From an uncultured Clostridia bacterium (GTDB lineage: Bacteria; Bacillota; Clostridia; Christensenellales; Pumilibacteraceae), in NCBI GenBank assembly GCA_947385185.1, contig CANDJX010000001.1:1-39712 (forward strand): 39,712 nt of DNA, written 5' to 3'. Under the pieces are notes generated by a model. It did no database searches. It worked only from the letters and a program-made list of their open reading frames with translations, and was not told where the DNA came from. The position numbers and the translations under genes were made by a program. This document shows, one piece after another, positions 27,612 through 37,259 of the stretch. How positions within the stretch are numbered: position 1 is the stretch's first letter; each line of letters starts with the position of its first letter.

Positions 27612-27888
27612 TCATATAAATAATTATGATTTCATAACTAAATTGCGACGATTGTACGAGGAGAAGGACGTCGCTTGCGGATGTGATTAAAACGAGGTGA
27701 AAAATCGTATTGATCGCTCGACGGAGTAAAAATCATAATGAGCGCGCGGGCTTATCCGGATAAGCCGAAGGTCGGAGAAAAATCCCTCTTACCGCACGAA
27801 GGCTTTTGTCGGAATTATTAAGTAAACCGACTCGTTTATCGAATTATACTTGATATTAAATCATAACTTAATTGTGGCTGGTAATAAA

Positions 27889-29307
27889 ATGAGAACCGAA
27901 AAAACGATTAAAAAATCCATTGCGACCGCATTCGCGGTTATGCTCTCGATCGTTATCGCGCTTGCGGCGGCGTTTGCTTTTTCCTTTGCCTCGCCGATTT
28001 ACGAGCCGAAAGCCGCGGACGGCAACGTTCTGACTTTGCATTTTATCGATTGCGGGCAAGCGGACGCGTGCATTATAGAGTTCCCCGACGGGAAGAATAT
28101 GCTTATCGACGCGGGCGATAACGGCGACGACAGTTGCGGCAAAGTCGTCGGTTACATAGAAAATCTCGGTATTACCGAATTCGATTATTTTATAATGACG
28201 CACGCCGACGAGGATCATATCGGCGGAGTGGACGAGGTGTTCGGCGGAACGCGCACCGCGAAGAAGATATACCGTCCGTCGCAAATAGCGGATCATAAAA
28301 GCGACGAAACGTACAAAGATCCCGCGGAGGACAAAAGCGGCAAATACGGTTTCTCGTTCGATGTTTCGTCCGTCGCCGTAAATAAACGTAAAACGACGGC
28401 GACGTATCGCAACGCGCTGTCCGTAGTGTACGGACTCGAAAATTCGGAAGTATACGTGACCGATCCCGCGAACGACGAAATCAATCATATAGAAAATTCG
28501 GTCACGGTAAACGGCGCGTCCGCGACGTATACTTTTGATTTCTATTCGCCGCTCGGCGTTTCATATTCGGACGACAACGATTATTCGCCCATAATGGTGC
28601 TCTCTTACGGCGGGCGCAACGTCGTGCTTTCGGGCGACGCCGAAAAGGAGAACGAAAAAGAGTTCGTCGCCAAAGTAAACAGCGCGACGGACGCCGACAG
28701 CAGGTATGACAGATTCGACGACAAGTTCCACGGCGACATAATAAAAATGGGACATCACGGCAGTTCCACGTCGTCGAGCGAAGCGTATCTCGACATAATG
28801 ACCGACCCGTCGCGCATAAATAATACATATACGGTATTCAGTTGTAACGACGAGATCCCGAGCAATAGATACGCGCACCCGCACCATGAAACGCTTCAGC
28901 GCGTTATGGATATGGGCTTCAGCGCCGAGCGCATAGTCCGCACCGATCTGAACGGAAACCTTCGTTTCGACATTCGTTCCACCGGCGAGATGACGTTTAC
29001 CGCGGAGCGCGAAAGTACCGTGACCGCAGCGCTCACTTCGGGCAGCAGCAGTACGCGCCCGGAAAAAGTGATTGCGGATAACAGCGCCGATCCCACCGAG
29101 CCGAACGGTTCTCCCATTACTTCGGACAACGAACCGACGGGCAATCCCGTTATCGATTTCTTTCTCGGTCTTACCGTACCGCAACGGGTAATTGCCGTCG
29201 TTATCGTCGTAGTCGTCGTCGCGCTTATCGTAACGGCTGTCGTAATCTGTATCAGACACAGTCGAAAAACAAACCGACCGTCGAAGCGAAAGCGCCGTCG
29301 CAGATAG
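27889..29307 (+). CDS. Membrane-anchored extracytoplasmic metallo-beta-lactamase-fold hydrolase (ComEC C-terminal-domain-like)
   Basis: N-terminal anchor/signal, LTLHFIDCGQADACIIEFPDGKNMLIDAGD, THADEDHIGG, MGHHGS, and a C-terminal TM VIAVVIVVVVVALIVTAVVICI followed by a basic tail. ATG at 27889. Confidence 0.75.
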   Translation: MRTEKTIKKSIATAFAVMLSIVIALAAAFAFSFASPIYEPKAADGNVLTLHFIDCGQADACIIEFPDGKNMLIDAGDNGDDSCGKVVGYIENLGITEFDYFIMTHADEDHIGGVDEVFGGTRTAKKIYRPSQIADHKSDETYKDPAEDKSGKYGFSFDVSSVAVNKRKTTATYRNALSVVYGLENSEVYVTDPANDEINHIENSVTVNGASATYTFDFYSPLGVSYSDDNDYSPIMVLSYGGRNVVLSGDAEKENEKEFVAKVNSATDADSRYDRFDDKFHGDIIKMGHHGSSTSSSEAYLDIMTDPSRINNTYTVFSCNDEIPSNRYAHPHHETLQRVMDMGFSAERIVRTDLNGNLRFDIRSTGEMTFTAERESTVTAALTSGSSSTRPEKVIADNSADPTEPNGSPITSDNEPTGNPVIDFFLGLTVPQRVIAVVIVVVVVALIVTAVVICIRHSRKTNRPSKRKRRRR

Positions 29308-29459
29308 ACGTCGGGAAACGCCCGTGCCCGTCGGGACGATCGCTTTTTTCGGGAGACCAAAGCGTCGGGTAAGTGACGCCGAGTATGCCCGAAATGTCGG
29401 GATTGGTTGTCGTTGCGAAAAAAATTTCATGTAAAATGGAAAATTTCGCAAAAAAGGTA

Positions 29460-29487
29460 TTGACATTTTGAAAGATTATGATATAAT
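29460..29487 (+). promoter_or_regulatory. Strong extended -10 sigma-A promoter upstream of the GH3 gene
   Basis: TTGACA (29460-29465), a 16-nt spacer, TGaTATAAT (-10 at 29482-29487). Confidence 0.65.
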
Positions 29488-29548
29488 GGTTAAAGTATGA
29501 TGATAAAGAGAGAAAATGATGAAACGGAATATCTGAATTGACGGAACG

Positions 29549-29584
29549 CCGCCGCCCGTTTTCGGGTTGCGGTCTTTTGCGTTT
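29549..29584 (+). terminator. Intrinsic-terminator-like hairpin inside the GH3 leader (possible attenuator)
   Basis: CCGCCGCCCG-TTTT-CGGGTTGCGG (9 bp with one mismatch and one G-U pair) followed by TCTTTTGCGTTT. Confidence 0.5.
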
Positions 29585-29673
29585 ATCTATATTATCATAC
29601 GCCGAATCATATTTATAGGAAGAAAAGAAAAATCTGAACCGCGGACGGACTATCTGTCACGCAAAAAGGAACG

Positions 29674-32331
29674 ATGATGAAATATAAAGAACTGATCGAC
29701 AAACTGACGCTGGAAGAAAAAGTCGCCCTTACTTCGGGCAAAGACTTCTGGCAGTCCGTCGGAATCGACCGCGACGGTGTTAAAGTCCCGTCGATGTTTT
29801 TGTCCGACGGTCCTCACGGAATTCGTAAACAGGCAGCCGCCGCGGATCACCTCGGACTCAACGCCTCCATTCCCGCGACGTGTTTCCCGACTGCGGCAAC
29901 GATGGCTAACAGCTGGAATGACGAACTCGGCGAGGAAATGGGTAAAATGCTCGGCGAAGAAGCGGTGGACGAAAAAGTCAACGTCCTGCTCGGACCCGGG
30001 ACAAACCTCAAGCGCAATCCCCGTTGCGGAAGAAACTTCGAGTATTTCTCCGAAGATCCCTTGCTCGCCGGAAAAATGGCGGCGGCGTACATACGCGGAA
30101 TTCAGTCCAACGGCATTTCCGGTTGCGTAAAGCATTTTGCGCTCAACAATCAGGAAGAACGCCGTATGGTCGTCGATACCGTAGTGGACGAACGCACCAT
30201 GCGCGAACTGTATCTGACCGCGTTCGAAATCGCGATCAAAGAGGGTCGGCCGTGGACGATCATGTCGTCGTACAACATGATAAACGGCACGCATACGAAC
30301 GAGAATATCCATCTTATGCGCGACATACTTCGCGACGAATGGGGATATGAAGGCGTAGTCGTTACCGACTGGGCGGGCTGCAACGACAGAGTGCAGGGAC
30401 TTATCGCGGGCAACGAGCTTGAAATGCCGAGCTGCCTGTATTCCAATCAGGATCTGTATAAAGCGCTTACCGAAGGATACAAGATCCCGGACAATCTCGA
30501 CAAGACCCGTCCGGGCGGACAGTATGCGCGTATCGTCGAGGCGTTCAAGGACGGAAAGCTCGACGAAAAATATCTCGACGAGGCTCTCGACCGTTTGCTC
30601 GAGCTTATATTCAGAACGGACAAGGCGTTCGAGGGTCGTCCCGAAGATAAGCCGCTTCGCGTCGTGCGCGTGGACGAACACCACGAAATGGCGAAGAAAT
30701 GCGCCCGCGAATGCATAGTGCTCCTCCGCAACGAGAACAATACGCTGCCTCTTGCCGGCGGCACGAGCGTCGCGGTAATCGGCGACTTTGCGAAAGTGCC
30801 GCGTTATCAGGGCGCGGGATCGTCCGTGGTCAATCCGACCAAGCTCGATTCTCCGCTCGTTTGCCTCGGCTTCGGTATCGATAAATACGAAAAGAATCCT
30901 CTCCCCGACAGCCGCGACAAAGTGACGACTATCGGCGACAATATTTACGGACTTAAGATCGCGGGTTACGAGCCCGGCTTCGACCGTTACGGCAAAAAGA
31001 ACAACGGACTTATCAACAAAGCCTGCGCGCTTGCCGACAAAGCGGACGTAGCTCTCGTATATCTCGGACTCGACGAAGTCACCGAAGCGGAAGGTCTCGA
31101 CCGCTCGGATATAAAGATACCTCAGCCGCAGATCGACCTCATCGACGCGCTTGCAAAGAAAGGCAAGAAGATCGTCGTCGTGCTTTCGTGCGGCTCGGCG
31201 GTAGAGCTCCCGTTCGCAGACAAAGTGGACGCGATCGTTCACGCGTATCTCGGCGGACAGGCGATTGCCGAAGCCGTGCTCGACGTTATCGTAGGCAAAG
31301 TCAATCCTTCCGGAAAACTTGCCGAAAGCTATCCTTACGAATATAAGGATTGTTCGAGCGCGTCGCATTTCCCGGGCAAGGAGCGGAGCGTGGAGTACCG
31401 CGAAGGAATGTACGTGGGTTACCGTTATTACGAAACCGCGGGCGTTCCCGTGCGTTATCCTTTCGGCTTCGGACTGTCGTATACGACGTTCGAATACTCG
31501 GACCTGAAAGTGGATAAGTCGGGCGCGACGTTCTCGATCAAGAACGCCGGCGACCGCGACGGCGCGGAAGTCGCGCAGTTATACGTCGGGCTGGACGGCG
31601 CGAAGATATTCCGTCCCGTAAAAGAACTCCGCGGATTCAAGAAAGTGTTTATCAAGGCGGGCGAAACCGTCAAAGTCACTATACCGTTCGACGAAAGGAC
31701 GTTCCGTTATTTCAACGTCGACACGGATAAATGGGAAGTCGAAGGCGGCGATTATAAGATCATGATCGGCGCGTCGGTCGCGGACATCCGCCTGACCGAA
31801 ACGCTTGCCGTCGCAGGCACGACCGAAGTCAATCCTTACGACGCAAAAGCGCTCGCTTCGTATTATGCGGGCAAAACCGCCGACGTTTCCACCGAGGAGT
31901 TCAAAACGCTTCTCGGCGCGGACAAATACGACGCCGCGATCGAAAACGGCGAGGAGCCGCAGAAGAATACTTATCCGTTGCCCGATCCGGGATATAAGTT
32001 CTATAAACGCAAGCGTATGATCATACATTACAACTGCACCGTCGCAGACCTGCGTTATTCCAAGCGTTGGTTCGGTCGCGTATTCTCGGGCGGCGTCCGT
32101 TTCCTCAAATCGTTCATGTGGGCGGTAGGAAACAGAACGCTGTCGAATACTCTCGTTATGGGCGTGGTACATCAGCCTATGCGCGGTATGGCGAAGTTCG
32201 CGGGAATGAACAGGGCGCAGATGGACGGACTGATCCTCATGTGCAACGGCAAGTTCTTCAGAGGGCTTAAGCAGCTTACGAGCGGCAAGACCAAAGCCGA
32301 GCGCAAGGCGGCGAAAGGTAAGAAAAAATAA
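29674..32331 (+). CDS. Glycoside hydrolase family 3 beta-glucosidase with a basic C-terminal extension
   Basis: SDGPHGIRK, KHFALNNQE, VVTDWAG (nucleophile region), a fibronectin-like C-terminal domain, then a ~120-aa K/R-rich tail. Confidence 0.9.
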   Translation: MMKYKELIDKLTLEEKVALTSGKDFWQSVGIDRDGVKVPSMFLSDGPHGIRKQAAAADHLGLNASIPATCFPTAATMANSWNDELGEEMGKMLGEEAVDEKVNVLLGPGTNLKRNPRCGRNFEYFSEDPLLAGKMAAAYIRGIQSNGISGCVKHFALNNQEERRMVVDTVVDERTMRELYLTAFEIAIKEGRPWTIMSSYNMINGTHTNENIHLMRDILRDEWGYEGVVVTDWAGCNDRVQGLIAGNELEMPSCLYSNQDLYKALTEGYKIPDNLDKTRPGGQYARIVEAFKDGKLDEKYLDEALDRLLELIFRTDKAFEGRPEDKPLRVVRVDEHHEMAKKCARECIVLLRNENNTLPLAGGTSVAVIGDFAKVPRYQGAGSSVVNPTKLDSPLVCLGFGIDKYEKNPLPDSRDKVTTIGDNIYGLKIAGYEPGFDRYGKKNNGLINKACALADKADVALVYLGLDEVTEAEGLDRSDIKIPQPQIDLIDALAKKGKKIVVVLSCGSAVELPFADKVDAIVHAYLGGQAIAEAVLDVIVGKVNPSGKLAESYPYEYKDCSSASHFPGKERSVEYREGMYVGYRYYETAGVPVRYPFGFGLSYTTFEYSDLKVDKSGATFSIKNAGDRDGAEVAQLYVGLDGAKIFRPVKELRGFKKVFIKAGETVKVTIPFDERTFRYFNVDTDKWEVEGGDYKIMIGASVADIRLTETLAVAGTTEVNPYDAKALASYYAGKTADVSTEEFKTLLGADKYDAAIENGEEPQKNTYPLPDPGYKFYKRKRMIIHYNCTVADLRYSKRWFGRVFSGGVRFLKSFMWAVGNRTLSNTLVMGVVHQPMRGMAKFAGMNRAQMDGLILMCNGKFFRGLKQLTSGKTKAERKAAKGKKK

Positions 32332-32452
32332 ATAAAATACCGCGTTTTGTTTCCGTAAAGTTTCGCAAGTAGGGGATGATGATTGCGTGGGTACGGAAAA
32401 AGCGCGAAGCCTTAACTAAAAAAATAAACCGATAAAAAGGAGAAAGGAAAAA

Positions 32453-33610
32453 ATGGAAAAAGAAAACGAAGCTCCCGCAGAGGAGCAGGTCGCGGACGTT
32501 ACGGACGCGCCCGCCGCGGCAAAACTTTTGTCCGCAGACGAGATCGTGAGTGAAATCAAGCCTCTGTCGAGCAACGGTTTCCTTGCTTTCTTTCAGAAAA
32601 TATGGCGCGCCTGGCTCGGCGTATGGTACAACTTCAGCGAAAAGCATCCGAAGCTGTCCAAACTGCTTTATCAGATCGTATTCTTTATCGTATTCAGCGA
32701 AGGCGTAACGATCTGGCAGTTCCTCGTAATGACGTTCCTGCCGCACGCGTTTGCCGGACTCGCAAGCGTCGAATTCGTTTGGCCGGCTGTAAATCTCGGC
32801 GATTTGACTTATACGCTCGACGGCGTGACAAAGCCTTTACAGTTCGCTATATTCAATGAACCCGCACAATTGCTTGCCGACGGTACGTACAACGTAAACG
32901 CCGGACTCGGGAATTTCATTGCATTCGAGATTGCGGTATTCACCGCGCAGATCATCAACTTCCCGCTTCAGAGAAACATCACGTTCAAGTCAAAAGGCAA
33001 CCCTTACTGGCAGGCAATGTGGTATTTCATCGGCTGGGTACTCGTGTCCGTATTCACGAATGCGACCTGGGGTATCATCGCTCCGTTCGTAAGAGACCTT
33101 TGGGCGTGGCCGGCGGCAGGTTGGAACCTTCTCAAGACGGTCATCACCGGCGGTCTGTCCATGCTCGTATTCTTCTTCATATTCCTTATAATCTTCCCCG
33201 ATGCGAACAAAGTCGCAAAGAGCGCGAGAGGCAAGGCGGATATGGCTAAGGCTACGAACGAAAGCGAAGAAAAGATCGCGAAGCTCGAGCTTAAAGCCGT
33301 AAGAAAAGAGGAAGCCGCAAAGCTGTTCAACGGCAGAAGCGAAAGATATCAGGCGGTTTCGGTCGCAAACAGCCGCGCCGTAGCGTTCGAGGCGATCGTA
33401 AGAAATACCGAAAAGATGAAAGCCGAAGCCAAGACGGACGAGGAAAAGGCGAAAGCCGAGGCAATGGAAGCGCGTATCTCCGAATATCAGGAGAGAGCGA
33501 CCGTAGCTATCGAAGCGAAGCGCAAAGCCGTCGCCGCTTACGACAAGATCGTAGCCGACGTCAAGGCGGCGCGCGAAGCTCGCGGAGAAGACACTTCCAA
33601 AGTCGCATAA
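32453..33610 (+). CDS. GtrA-like polytopic membrane protein with a long K/E/A-rich coiled-coil tail
   Basis: Four or more TM segments with INFPLQRNITFK, as in the GtrA family. The C-terminal ~135 aa are charged and Ala-rich. AAAGGAG SD. Confidence 0.4.
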   Translation: MEKENEAPAEEQVADVTDAPAAAKLLSADEIVSEIKPLSSNGFLAFFQKIWRAWLGVWYNFSEKHPKLSKLLYQIVFFIVFSEGVTIWQFLVMTFLPHAFAGLASVEFVWPAVNLGDLTYTLDGVTKPLQFAIFNEPAQLLADGTYNVNAGLGNFIAFEIAVFTAQIINFPLQRNITFKSKGNPYWQAMWYFIGWVLVSVFTNATWGIIAPFVRDLWAWPAAGWNLLKTVITGGLSMLVFFFIFLIIFPDANKVAKSARGKADMAKATNESEEKIAKLELKAVRKEEAAKLFNGRSERYQAVSVANSRAVAFEAIVRNTEKMKAEAKTDEEKAKAEAMEARISEYQERATVAIEAKRKAVAAYDKIVADVKAAREARGEDTSKVA

Positions 33611-33877
33611 CCGTAATTTTCGGGACATATAATGAGGGAGCGCGCAAAACCGTGCGCGCCGGATAAGGATAAGGAAAAATGACGGCAATATTGCCACATG
33701 GAAAAAGGATGAGAACAGGAACCCGAACTTAAGATCCGGAAGCCGCGCGGAAATTATTTCCGCGTGGCTTTCGCGGGTTATTACGAAACGGGTAAAATTA
33801 TCGGATCTCGGATCGGTCGGTCGCGTAACGTAGGCGGTCGATTCGGAAAATATAATCATATAAGGGGTATAGAAACA

Positions 33878-35062
33878 ATGAAAAAGAAACAATGCGTTGC
33901 AATGCTTCTTGCGGGCGGACAAGGGTCGCGGCTCAAGGCTTTGACTACGACCGTGGCAAAGCCCGCGGTTTCGTTCGGCGGGAAATACCGCATAATCGAC
34001 TTTCCGCTGTCTAACTGCTCGAACTCGGGCATAGACACCGTGGGCGTCCTGACGCAGTATCAGCCGCTTGTTCTGAACGAATACATAGGCACCGGCGAGT
34101 CGTGGGACCTCGACCGCAAAAACGGCGGCGCGCACGTACTGGCGCCGTATCAGGCAAAGAAAGGCGCGCGGTGGTACGAAGGCACCGCGAACGCGATTTA
34201 TCAGAACATTCAGTTCCTCGATAAATACGACAGCGAACACGTCCTTATTCTTTCGGGCGATCATATTTACAAAATGGATTACTCGAAAATGCTCGCTCAG
34301 CATATCGAAACGGACGCGGACATAACGATCGCCGTTATCGACGTTCCCATGGACGAGGCATCGCGTTTCGGTATCATGAGCTACGACAAGAATTTCCGCA
34401 TTTTCGATTTCGCCGAAAAGCCGAAAGAGCCTAAGAGCAATCACGCGTCGATGGGCGTCTATTTGTTCAAAAAAGACGTGCTCGTGCGTATGCTTACCGA
34501 GGACGACGCGGATCCGGACAGCGAAAAAGATTTCGGAAAGAATATTATTCCGAAAATGCTTGCCGAAAATATGCGCGTGTTCGCTTATCAGTTCGAGGGA
34601 TACTGGAAGGACGTCGGCACGCTCAAGAGCCTGTGGGAAGCCAACATGGATCTGCTCGGCATCAATCCCGTGTTCTCGCTGTACGACGGCGCGTGGAAGA
34701 TATATTCGGGTAACGACGCATATCCGCCCGCGTTGCTCCTTACCAAAAACGGCTGCGTTACGAACAGTATCGTCACCGAAGGCGACATAATCTCGGGCAG
34801 AGTAGTCAACTCCGTTATCGGCGAGGGCGTTACGATCGGCGAGGGCGCGGTGATCGAAAACTCGGTCGTATTCAGCGGCACGGTGATCGGCGCGGGATCG
34901 AAACTCTCTTACGCCATTATAGACGAGAACGTAACCGTCGGCGAGAACTGTATCGTCGGCGAGGGCAAGGCAAGCCCGGACAAGATTACGCTTATAGGCA
35001 GAAACTCCGTCGTTCCCGACGGAACGACGCTCGATTGCGGCAGTATAACGGAGGCGGAATAA
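33878..35062 (+). CDS. glgC: Glucose-1-phosphate adenylyltransferase
   Basis: [42 protein letters not shown], with ATG at 33878 after AAGGGG. The track ORF starts further upstream on an alternative codon. Confidence 0.93.
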   Translation: MKKKQCVAMLLAGGQGSRLKALTTTVAKPAVSFGGKYRIIDFPLSNCSNSGIDTVGVLTQYQPLVLNEYIGTGESWDLDRKNGGAHVLAPYQAKKGARWYEGTANAIYQNIQFLDKYDSEHVLILSGDHIYKMDYSKMLAQHIETDADITIAVIDVPMDEASRFGIMSYDKNFRIFDFAEKPKEPKSNHASMGVYLFKKDVLVRMLTEDDADPDSEKDFGKNIIPKMLAENMRVFAYQFEGYWKDVGTLKSLWEANMDLLGINPVFSLYDGAWKIYSGNDAYPPALLLTKNGCVTNSIVTEGDIISGRVVNSVIGEGVTIGEGAVIENSVVFSGTVIGAGSKLSYAIIDENVTVGENCIVGEGKASPDKITLIGRNSVVPDGTTLDCGSITEAE

Positions 35063-35063
35063 T

Positions 35064-36176
35064 ATGAAAGCTCTCGGTATAATTTTTTCCAATATTCACG
35101 AACGGGATATTCCCGAACTCACGAAAGTGCGTACGCTTGCGTCCGTGCCTTTCGGCGGAAGATACCGTCTGATCGATTTCGTGCTTTCGAATATGGTCAA
35201 CAGCGGCATTACGAATATAGGTATAATCGCGAAGTATAATTATCAGTCGCTCATGGACCACGTTCAGAGCGGAAAGAGCTGGGGACTCGCGCGCAAAAAC
35301 GGCGGCCTTACGATCCTTCCTCCGTTCAACGACGCTTCGGGCGGCGGAGTATTCAACAATCGTTTCGAGGCGATTAAGAGCGTAAGCAGTTTCATTCGTC
35401 ACAACGAAGCGGATTACGTAGTCATGGCGGATTGCGACATCGTATGCAATATCGACCTTGCTCCCGCGCTCAAAGCGCATGAAAAGAATAACGCCGACAT
35501 CACGCTCGTTTACCGAAAAAAGAAAATCGACGCCTCGGATACATACCGTCTTGTCCTCGATACGGACGCAAACGGCAAGGTCACCAAAGTGAATATGAAC
35601 GACGGCGCCGCAGGCGAGAAAAAGGTTTACACCGATTTCATGATCATTTCGCAGCGTAAACTGATGTATATCATCGAAAACTCGGACAAATGGGGAATCA
35701 AATCGTTCTCGCGCGACATTCTTTCGAACATAAAAGAATACAGCGTTTACGGGTACGAACAGGACGGATATTACGCCGCGATTAACAGCCTGACCGATTA
35801 TTACAAGCATTCTATGGATCTTCTCGATCCCGACGTCGTTCGCGAGCTTTTCTATAAGGGCGGAGCGGAGATATACACGAAGGTGCGCGACTCCGCTCCG
35901 GCGAAGTTTACCGACACCGCGCTCGTGCGCGATTCCATGATCGCCGACGGGTGCATTATCGAAGGCGAGGTCGAGAATTCGATCATATTCCGCGGCTGTC
36001 ATATAGCCAAAGGCGCGAAAGTGACGAATTCGATCATCATGCAGGATTCGCGCATAGATACCGGATCGACTCTGAATTGCGTCATAATGGATAAAGCGGC
36101 GCACGTTCTGGACGGGCGGTTGCTTTCCGGACACCCGACGCATCCTTATTACATCGAGAAAGAAAGCGTTATATAG
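35064..36176 (+). CDS. glgD: Glucose-1-phosphate adenylyltransferase regulatory subunit GlgD
   Basis: Paralogue of GlgC (VPFGGRYRLIDFVLSNMVNSG) that lacks the GGxGxRL motif. It lies immediately downstream, with TAAT ATG spacing. Confidence 0.85.
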   Translation: MKALGIIFSNIHERDIPELTKVRTLASVPFGGRYRLIDFVLSNMVNSGITNIGIIAKYNYQSLMDHVQSGKSWGLARKNGGLTILPPFNDASGGGVFNNRFEAIKSVSSFIRHNEADYVVMADCDIVCNIDLAPALKAHEKNNADITLVYRKKKIDASDTYRLVLDTDANGKVTKVNMNDGAAGEKKVYTDFMIISQRKLMYIIENSDKWGIKSFSRDILSNIKEYSVYGYEQDGYYAAINSLTDYYKHSMDLLDPDVVRELFYKGGAEIYTKVRDSAPAKFTDTALVRDSMIADGCIIEGEVENSIIFRGCHIAKGAKVTNSIIMQDSRIDTGSTLNCVIMDKAAHVLDGRLLSGHPTHPYYIEKESVI

Positions 36177-36192
36177 AATCATACTGACGCAA

Positions 36193-36230
36193 ACAGCGGC
36201 GGCGCAAAATATGCGCGGCCGCTGTTTTTT
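36193..36230 (+). terminator. Rho-independent terminator of glgCD
   Basis: ACAGCGGC ... GCCGCTGT stem with an inner GCGCA/TGCGC pairing, followed by T6. Confidence 0.75.
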
Positions 36231-36289
36231 GCGAAACGGCTCGTTGCGCTTGCATAACGTCACGGTTTTTTTGAAAATCACGCAGATAT

Positions 36290-36319
36290 TTGACTATTAA
36301 ACTTCCGGTGTGGTATAAT
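36290..36319 (+). promoter_or_regulatory. Extended -10 sigma-A promoter of the three-gene ATPase cluster
   Basis: TTGACT (36290-36295), an 18-nt spacer, TGgTATAAT (-10 at 36314-36319), then a GGAGGA SD. Confidence 0.6.
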
Positions 36320-36341
36320 CCGTACAGACGGAGGACGGTTG

Positions 36342-37259
36342 ATGAAAGTCGGAATACCGAGAGCGTTGCTGTATTATAAAAACGAAAAATTTTGGACAAC
36401 GTTTTTCGATACGCTCGGAATTGAATATATTATCGGACCCGAAACGACGAAAGAGATCATTGCGCGCGGCACGCATTTGTCCGTGGACGAAACGTGTCTG
36501 CCGACGAAAATTCTGCTCGGGCAGGTCGATTGGCTTATAGGCAGGTGCGATTACGTGTTTTTGCCGCGCGTCGAGTTTGCATACGGTTACGGAATGTGCA
36601 CGAAGTTTCTCGCGCAGACCGATCTGGTCGCAAACGTGTTCCGCGGCCGCGACGTAAAGCTGTTGTTTTATAATATCGGGAACAAAAAACTTCTGACCGA
36701 GCGCAAAGCCGTGCGCCGCATGGGCAAATATCTCGGACTTAAGAGCGCGAACGTGAAATACGCTTACGACGTAGCGAAACAGGCTCAGCAATATTACGAA
36801 GTTTTCCGCGCCGAAACGCAGGAAAAGACCTTGCGCGAAACGGATAAGATAAAAGTGCTCGTTGTCGCGCACGCATACAATATCGGCGACGCATATATCG
36901 GTCGCCCCATTCTTCGCGCGCTTGCCGGGCTCGGAGTCGAACCGATTATCGCCGAGTATGCCGACGCAAGGCAGTGTATCGGCGCGTCCAAAGAAGTGAC
37001 GCGCACCATGCCGTGGGCGTACAACCGTCACCTGATGGGCGCGATACAACTTATGAAAGACAAAGTCGACGGTGTCGTACTGTTGACTACGTTCCCGTGC
37101 GGTCCGGACAGCATGGTCAACGAGCTTATCGTCCGCGAGTATAAGCAGCTTCCGATTATAACGCTTACAATCGACGCGCAGGACGCGACCGCCGGAATCG
37201 AAACGCGGCTGGAAAGTTTTGTGGATATAATAAATTTCAAACGGGAGGGCGCGCAATGA
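36342..37259 (+). CDS. Acyl-CoA-dehydratase-activase-related protein (DUF2229-like), function unknown
   Basis: The N-terminus MKVGIPRALLYYKNEKFWTTFFDTLG is, from memory, characteristic of the uncharacterised domain fused to BcrAD_BadFG ATPases. Conserved Cys lie in DETCLPTK and TFPCGPDS. Confidence 0.6.
   Translation: MKVGIPRALLYYKNEKFWTTFFDTLGIEYIIGPETTKEIIARGTHLSVDETCLPTKILLGQVDWLIGRCDYVFLPRVEFAYGYGMCTKFLAQTDLVANVFRGRDVKLLFYNIGNKKLLTERKAVRRMGKYLGLKSANVKYAYDVAKQAQQYYEVFRAETQEKTLRETDKIKVLVVAHAYNIGDAYIGRPILRALAGLGVEPIIAEYADARQCIGASKEVTRTMPWAYNRHLMGAIQLMKDKVDGVVLLTTFPCGPDSMVNELIVREYKQLPIITLTIDAQDATAGIETRLESFVDIINFKREGAQ

Noticed and set aside
27612-27888. A known riboswitch class (c-di-GMP, c-di-AMP/ydaO, TPP, purine) in the MBL gene leader and in the 39.4-kb unit
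   Set aside because: I compared both by eye with the consensus cores I remember, and none fits. They are kept only as unclassified structured leaders.
29650-31368. 572-aa minus-strand ORF opposite the GH3 gene
   Set aside because: It is an antisense shadow ORF of a well-supported GH3 CDS. The composition is low-complexity and Arg-rich, and there is no start context.
32990-36281. 700-aa and 429-aa minus-strand ORFs spanning the GtrA-like gene, glgC and glgD
   Set aside because: Both are antisense to genes with canonical motifs. The 700-aa frame even runs through an intergenic terminator region. The products are R/V/F/A-rich and match nothing I recognise. I treat them as shadow ORFs.
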